A stretch of 64,000 bases of DNA, from NCBI GenBank assembly GCA_045105515.1, contig JBGCDR010000034.1:1-64000 (forward strand), written 5' to 3'. Positions 62,658 through 64,000 of this stretch are shown in pieces (positions within the stretch are counted from its first letter, which is position 1; each line of letters opens with the position of its first letter). Under the pieces are notes generated by a model that saw only the letters and a list, made by a program, of their open reading frames with translations, was not told where the DNA came from and searched no databases. The translations under genes were made by a program, and so were the position numbers. This stretch comes from Oligoflexales bacterium (GTDB taxonomy: Bacteria; Bdellovibrionota_B; Oligoflexia; Oligoflexales; Bog-1112).

Positions 62658-62684
62658 TACAGATTTTGCACAAGTTTCCGATTA
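62658..62684 (+). promoter_or_regulatory. sigma28-like promoter
   Basis: TACA-N15-TCCGATTA. Confidence 0.4.
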
Positions 62685-62710
62685 AGAGAACGAGGGGGTT
62701 CCGTATACTA

Positions 62711-64000
62711 ATGACCGACACTAGTGCATACAATATAGCGGAAATTAAGGCGGTTATCGTTGATGACCAAGATCCCATCCGCAAAGCCATGAAGCGAATC
62801 CTAGCCAGCATGGGAATTGTTAATATTATCGAATGCTTTGATGGGGAAGAAGCCCTCAAAGAGTTATCTCGTCACCCTGACATCGACCTAATTCTTATCG
62901 ATCTCTATATGCGTAAGGTCAATGGTTTCGATGTCTTACATTATATTAGAAGCAGAGCTATCAGGGCTGACATCCCGGTGATTATTGTCACTGGTGAAGC
63001 AAGCAAAGAAGATATCGTCAAAGCAAGCGACATGGGCGCAGACGACTACATCATTAAACCTTTTCAGGCTGAAGCAATGACCACCAAGGTCAATCAAGTG
63101 CTTCACAAGTTCTACTCACCTGCTCCTGCTCTGCAAAAGCTGCGCGAAGGGGACCGCCATATGATGGCAAAGCAGATCAAACAGGCTGCAAAACTTTATC
63201 AAGAGGCAATGGAATTGGACCCATCGAGTCTGCGTGCTCGCCACAGCTACGCGGTTTCTTTATTTCGTTGTAAACGGATAGACAAAGCCATCACTTTGTT
63301 GAACGAAAACATCAAAGAGTCAGCCACCTACTACCGCAACTACGCAACTCTTGCAGATATTTATGTGTATAAAAAAGACTACTCAGACGCCATCCACCAA
63401 CTCAGCAAGGAACTTGAGTACAACCCTAAACAGCCGAGCAGACAAAACCTTATAGCCCGGCTACTTCTGGCTCAAAACGACACAGTAGGAGCCATAGAGC
63501 ATTATCGCGAGACCTTAAGAGAAGATGTTAAGGACAAAGATGCTCTTTTAGGAATAGGTGAAGCCTTTGCCCTCTCCGATGACATAAACAAAGCATGCTA
63601 TTATTTCAAACGTCTGCGTCGCTACTACCCCAATGAAAGTAAGTCACTACAAGCAATTATCACCTACTGTACCCAAGCTGGGGAAATCAACAAAGCTGAA
63701 GCCATTTTGAGGGAGGAGCGCAAAGCTCACCCAGAGAGACTCGATGCGCACATATACATGGCTCGTTTTTACCTGAGCGCTGGACGCCTACCAGAAGCAA
63801 TCCAGGCTCTTGAACCAGTATTTAAAATTGAAAATGAACACCCAGAGGCCTGGAAGGTTAAAGCTGCTATTGAAATGAAGCGAAAAAATTATCTGAAGGC
63901 CAAAGAAGCTCTGAGCATTGTAGTAAAACGCAAACCAGAGCTAGAGAGCTACTTAGCCTTGGCTGAGTGTATGCAGCGCTTAAAAGAATTCAAACCTAGT
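62711..64000 (+). CDS. response regulator, REC + TPR repeats (partial, runs off window; not in ORF track)
   Basis: manual translation MTDTSAYNIAEIKAVIVDDQD...LILIDLYMRKVNG...IIVTG...GADDYIIKPF then TPRs; GAGGGG SD. Confidence 0.9.
   Translation, partial: MTDTSAYNIAEIKAVIVDDQDPIRKAMKRILASMGIVNIIECFDGEEALKELSRHPDIDLILIDLYMRKVNGFDVLHYIRSRAIRADIPVIIVTGEASKEDIVKASDMGADDYIIKPFQAEAMTTKVNQVLHKFYSPAPALQKLREGDRHMMAKQIKQAAKLYQEAMELDPSSLRARHSYAVSLFRCKRIDKAITLLNENIKESATYYRNYATLADIYVYKKDYSDAIHQLSKELEYNPKQPSRQNLIARLLLAQNDTVGAIEHYRETLREDVKDKDALLGIGEAFALSDDINKACYYFKRLRRYYPNESKSLQAIITYCTQAGEINKAEAILREERKAHPERLDAHIYMARFYLSAGRLPEAIQALEPVFKIENEHPEAWKVKAAIEMKRKNYLKAKEALSIVVKRKPELESYLALAECMQRLKEFKPS

Noticed and set aside
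62571..62710. 6S RNA, SRP RNA or c-di-GMP-I riboswitch (CCCACC and CGAAAGGTGGG submotifs)
   Set aside because: Partner motifs, order and length do not fit; only a simple hairpin is supported
62617..62859. 80-aa minus-strand ORF
   Set aside because: Antisense to the REC domain gene starting at 62711
1..64000. CRISPR array, IS/transposase, rRNA, or alternative genetic code
   Set aside because: No spaced repeats or transposase motifs seen; conserved genes translate full-length with TAA, TAG and TGA all used as stops

Overview
Bacterial core-genome region, most consistent with Bdellovibrionota/Oligoflexia (inference from gene content: pilB-pilT-pilC, Gld-like ABC plus DUF4340, many TPR lipoproteins). 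It holds ruvAB, a rimP-nusA-infB-rbfA-truB-metK operon, the S10-spc-alpha ribosomal cluster, a Gld-like ABC system, IHF, a PduO-type adenosyltransferase, type IV pilus motor genes, guaC, tRNA-Phe-secG-tRNA-Leu, kdsA, rpmI-rplT, an RNase Y homolog and a partial REC-TPR regulator. I saw no mobile element, prophage, CRISPR array or rRNA. The main oddities are as follows. rplX (uL24) is cleanly missing from spc, rpsD from alpha, and infC from rpmI-rplT. The RNase Y homolog has an intact HD site but has lost the KH GxxG loop. There is a secreted PI4K/Fam20-like atypical kinase. A lipoprotein's signal peptide is out of frame at a T9 tract, downstream of an A26 tract. A sigma28-like promoter motif recurs before non-flagellar genes, including pilB. 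Several intergenic regions can form multiple hairpins. No complete novel system can be established from sequence alone.
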